Assembly: GCF_964355755.1 (NCBI RefSeq)
Contig: NC_092676.1
Location: forward strand, 2,175,788-2,239,787
Length of the DNA stretch: 64,000 nucleotides
Direction: 5' to 3'
From: Antedon mediterranea
Lineage: Eukaryota > Animalia > Echinodermata
The notes under the pieces are model-generated. The model did not search any database. It was not told the origin of the DNA and saw nothing but the letters and a program-made list of their open reading frames with translations. This document shows positions 61,401 to 64,000 of this stretch, one piece after another. The translations under genes were made by a program, and so were the position numbers. Position 1 is the first letter of the stretch, and every line of letters starts with the position of its first letter.

Positions 61401-62335
61401 ATTAATAGTTGTAGTAAAGTGAGGACCTGTCCTGTTTTGCATTCTGACCCATTTTGACCTCAAATGACCTATTTACAAGGTCAGATTTTTTGGGAGGTCT
61501 TTCTGTATCTCTTTACACAAAATAGATTAAAAAATTTATAAAAGCCATTGACGCAATTATTTCCAAGTTTAACATTATTTTCCATCAACTAAATATTTCA
61601 ATGCAAAATACTGTTTTTCTGGCAATTAATTTAAATAAACCTGGCAACACATTCTCCTATTTTATCTAAACTATTCGTATGACTCTAGTAGCATTATGAC
61701 AAGCCACATATACATTTTATTATTGGATTAGCCATATTTAAATTGTGTTTCATGTGTTTTGTTTGTTGATATTTTGTTATATTTTTTATATTTTTCGTAT
61801 TTTCCTGGCAACACAAAACCTATGTACGAAATTTACCCCAGTGTTTTTTTCGTGATTATTGTTGACAAACCTATTGACTATCAAATTAAAAAACCTCATT
61901 GATTTAAAAACACCACTTTGGAAGTTATAGGTACGTTTATGAGGTATACTTTTATAAAAAAATATCTTTTAAAAACACCCCTTTTTAAAATAATGGTATC
62001 AACCAAACTCCATTTTGTAATTTATTTTTTTTCTACATTAAATGGAACTCAATACATGTTGTTTACACTGCTATAAACAAAAACTGTATACTGTAAGTAT
62101 TTTTGGTTAAAATAAGTATACAAGTTTGTACTTTTTCACTATAGAAAATCTGTGAAAAATGGCAAAAACATCAAAATTTGGATAATTGACCGTTGTCATG
62201 GCAACGGAGGCTAAAAATTAAAATGAATGTTGTAGATATGATTTTTATTGAAATGTCTATTCATGGTAAAAATTTGAGAGAAATCTATTTTTTTACATCT
62301 GCCACCAAATCTTTGATTTTTACAGACAATGGCTC
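58477..62335. mobile_element. 3.86-kb non-coding DNA transposon with long imperfect terminal inverted repeats
   Basis: TTAA|GAGCCATTGTCTGTAAGAATCAAAG ... CTTTGATTTTTACAGACAATGGCTC|TTAA; inverted matches continue ~500 bp inward (58822/61971, 58900/61906, 58981/61829). Confidence 0.8.
60066..60599. mobile_element. Decayed Tc1/mariner-type MITE nested in the 3.86-kb element
   Basis: Right end CTTACGGGAGGTTCAACTG|TA; repeated CCCGTAAGCGGCCAC motifs; left end uncertain. Confidence 0.5.
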
Positions 62336-62672
62336 TTAATTTAACATTTAATATATTTAATATTTTAGTGACACTATAGAGCGCTTTATAAACTGGAATA
62401 GGGGACGACTCCCTTTGTTGCCCATTTATTTGAAAATATAAACAATTATACAAAATTTAGTACAGACGGGAGTACAGACCATCCACCAGTAATTTTCATC
62501 TCCGTTGTGTACTAATTTACATCTTTTTGAAATTTTTATCCGGACGCGGTTTAAGAAGCGCAAACGGGAGAGGAACGCATTGTGAACGAGAGAAAAACGT
62601 ACTTTAAAATCCCAAAACGAGGCTGTGTGTGTGCATCCGAGCAAAAAATTATAGATTGTTGAAATTGACAAC

Positions 62673-62876
62673 ATGGCAGCTTTGCACTGGCTAGAACTTT
62701 TGGAAAAAGAGTTTGATAAAGCATTTGTAGATTTAGATATACTTCTTGGAGAAATAGATCCTGATCAATGTGATATAACGTACGATGGCAGACAAAAAAT
62801 GACAGCATTGAGTGCAGCATTTGCTCAACTTTGCCATAAATCACAGACGATTTTTCAGAATAATGCAAAATATGAG
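62673..62876 (+). CDS. GOPC: GOPC (PIST/CAL) first coding exon
   Basis: [53 protein letters not shown] matches the GOPC N-terminus; donor GAG|GTAGG at 62876. Confidence 0.92.
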
Positions 62877-64000
62877 GTAGGCAGCACTTGTTGTACAGAT
62901 AGGATCCGAGAGATTACTCGGGCTCGGCCTGATCTCATATCAGGAGGAAGTGACTCGGTTACTAACCGGTCTGATGATATTGAAGCCTAGCTAGCCTAGT
63001 AGTTAACAAAATTGGTAAAAATATAAAAATAAATACTGTCTGTAATGTAGTCTGTAGGCCTATTTTTTGATAAACATATTTATTCCCTTATTAAAATAAA
63101 AAATTATTAATAATAAAATGCATATCAAAAATATAATAGAAATAGGCATAGAATTTCACCATCCCTCCTCCTAAGGCTAATCCTATTATTAATATGAGTA
63201 GGCTTGGCTATAGTATATCAACTATTTTATATAATAGTAAGTTACTACTTTATTAGAATCAATTGACTGAATTTGATATTAATGACTATTATTTAGTTTA
63301 TTTGCCACTGTGAACATGAAAAATTGCCAGGCAATATTAATTAGGCCTACACTGGTTCGTTTACCTACATGTGTCACATGGAGAAAAAATAATTAAAATA
63401 GACTGATTATTATTGTATAATGTATTTACACAAGCTGTGCATAATTAGTTATTGGTGAGCTTAGAGCGATGCGTACTCTCATTTAATTAGAAAATACCAT
63501 CCTCCTGCATTATAATATTAACATTATTATCCATTTACTGTAATTAAATGATGACTAATTTTTCTATTTAATTATAAATTAAACAACTACAATATATCTT
63601 ATACAATACCTGACATTGATTGAAACACACTATGTATAAAAAATTCTGTAAAAGTATAATTTAAAACTAAATTTACAGTCTTTTAATTTTAAATACTCTT
63701 TAAATATTTTATTACTAATGTCAATTTTTTTTTTGCACCCAGGTTTACTCATTCCTGATTTAATGACTTGCATAATATTAAATCATAATTTTATAACAAT
63801 TGAGTTTAAATAAAATGCTCAATTATTAAATATGCAAATAAAAATGTAATAATTACACAGTTGAATATTAAATATACCGCACAAAAGCTTGCTTATTTCA
63901 CAGTCAAATGTGATATGACAGATGTACAATATTTAAATATTGAATACATTTTTATCTAAATTCTGCATTCTAACTAAAATTACAAAATTAAACACAACAC

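Noticed and set aside
62665-62678. TTGACAACATGGC shared by the GOPC start and the DED-unit start exons
   Set aside because: Short match consistent with a common initiation context; no extended homology.

Overview
AT-rich, intron-containing animal DNA (invertebrate-like; species cannot be determined from the sequence). Conserved genes at the ends: TULP4 (minus strand, first three coding exons, 1229-2176), CDK5RAP1/MiaB-type tRNA methylthiotransferase (minus strand, 11 exons, 48486-57722, about 597 aa) and GOPC exon 1 (62673-62876). Between them, and nested in CDK5RAP1 intron 5, lies a ~50 kb tandem array of RING/B-box/coiled-coil/filamin/NHL TRIM genes with intact, truncated, mosaic and fragmentary copies. 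The main finding is three spliced gene units in which a tandem death-effector-domain (DED-DED) exon and an exon ending in a TRADD-N-like domain join in frame to a TRIM-NHL exon. One unit is fully open and keeps the RING (1176 aa predicted). Two are RING-less and use a splice acceptor apparently recruited from TRIM coding sequence. These units are interleaved with plain RING-TRIM-NHL genes, suggesting a paired sensor / death-adaptor immune locus. Non-autonomous transposons are common: solo LTRs, a Helitron, Helentron-type elements, TTAA-flanked elements, MITEs and Merlin fragments. All domain calls are by-eye motif recognition and all splice models are manual; neither was computed.
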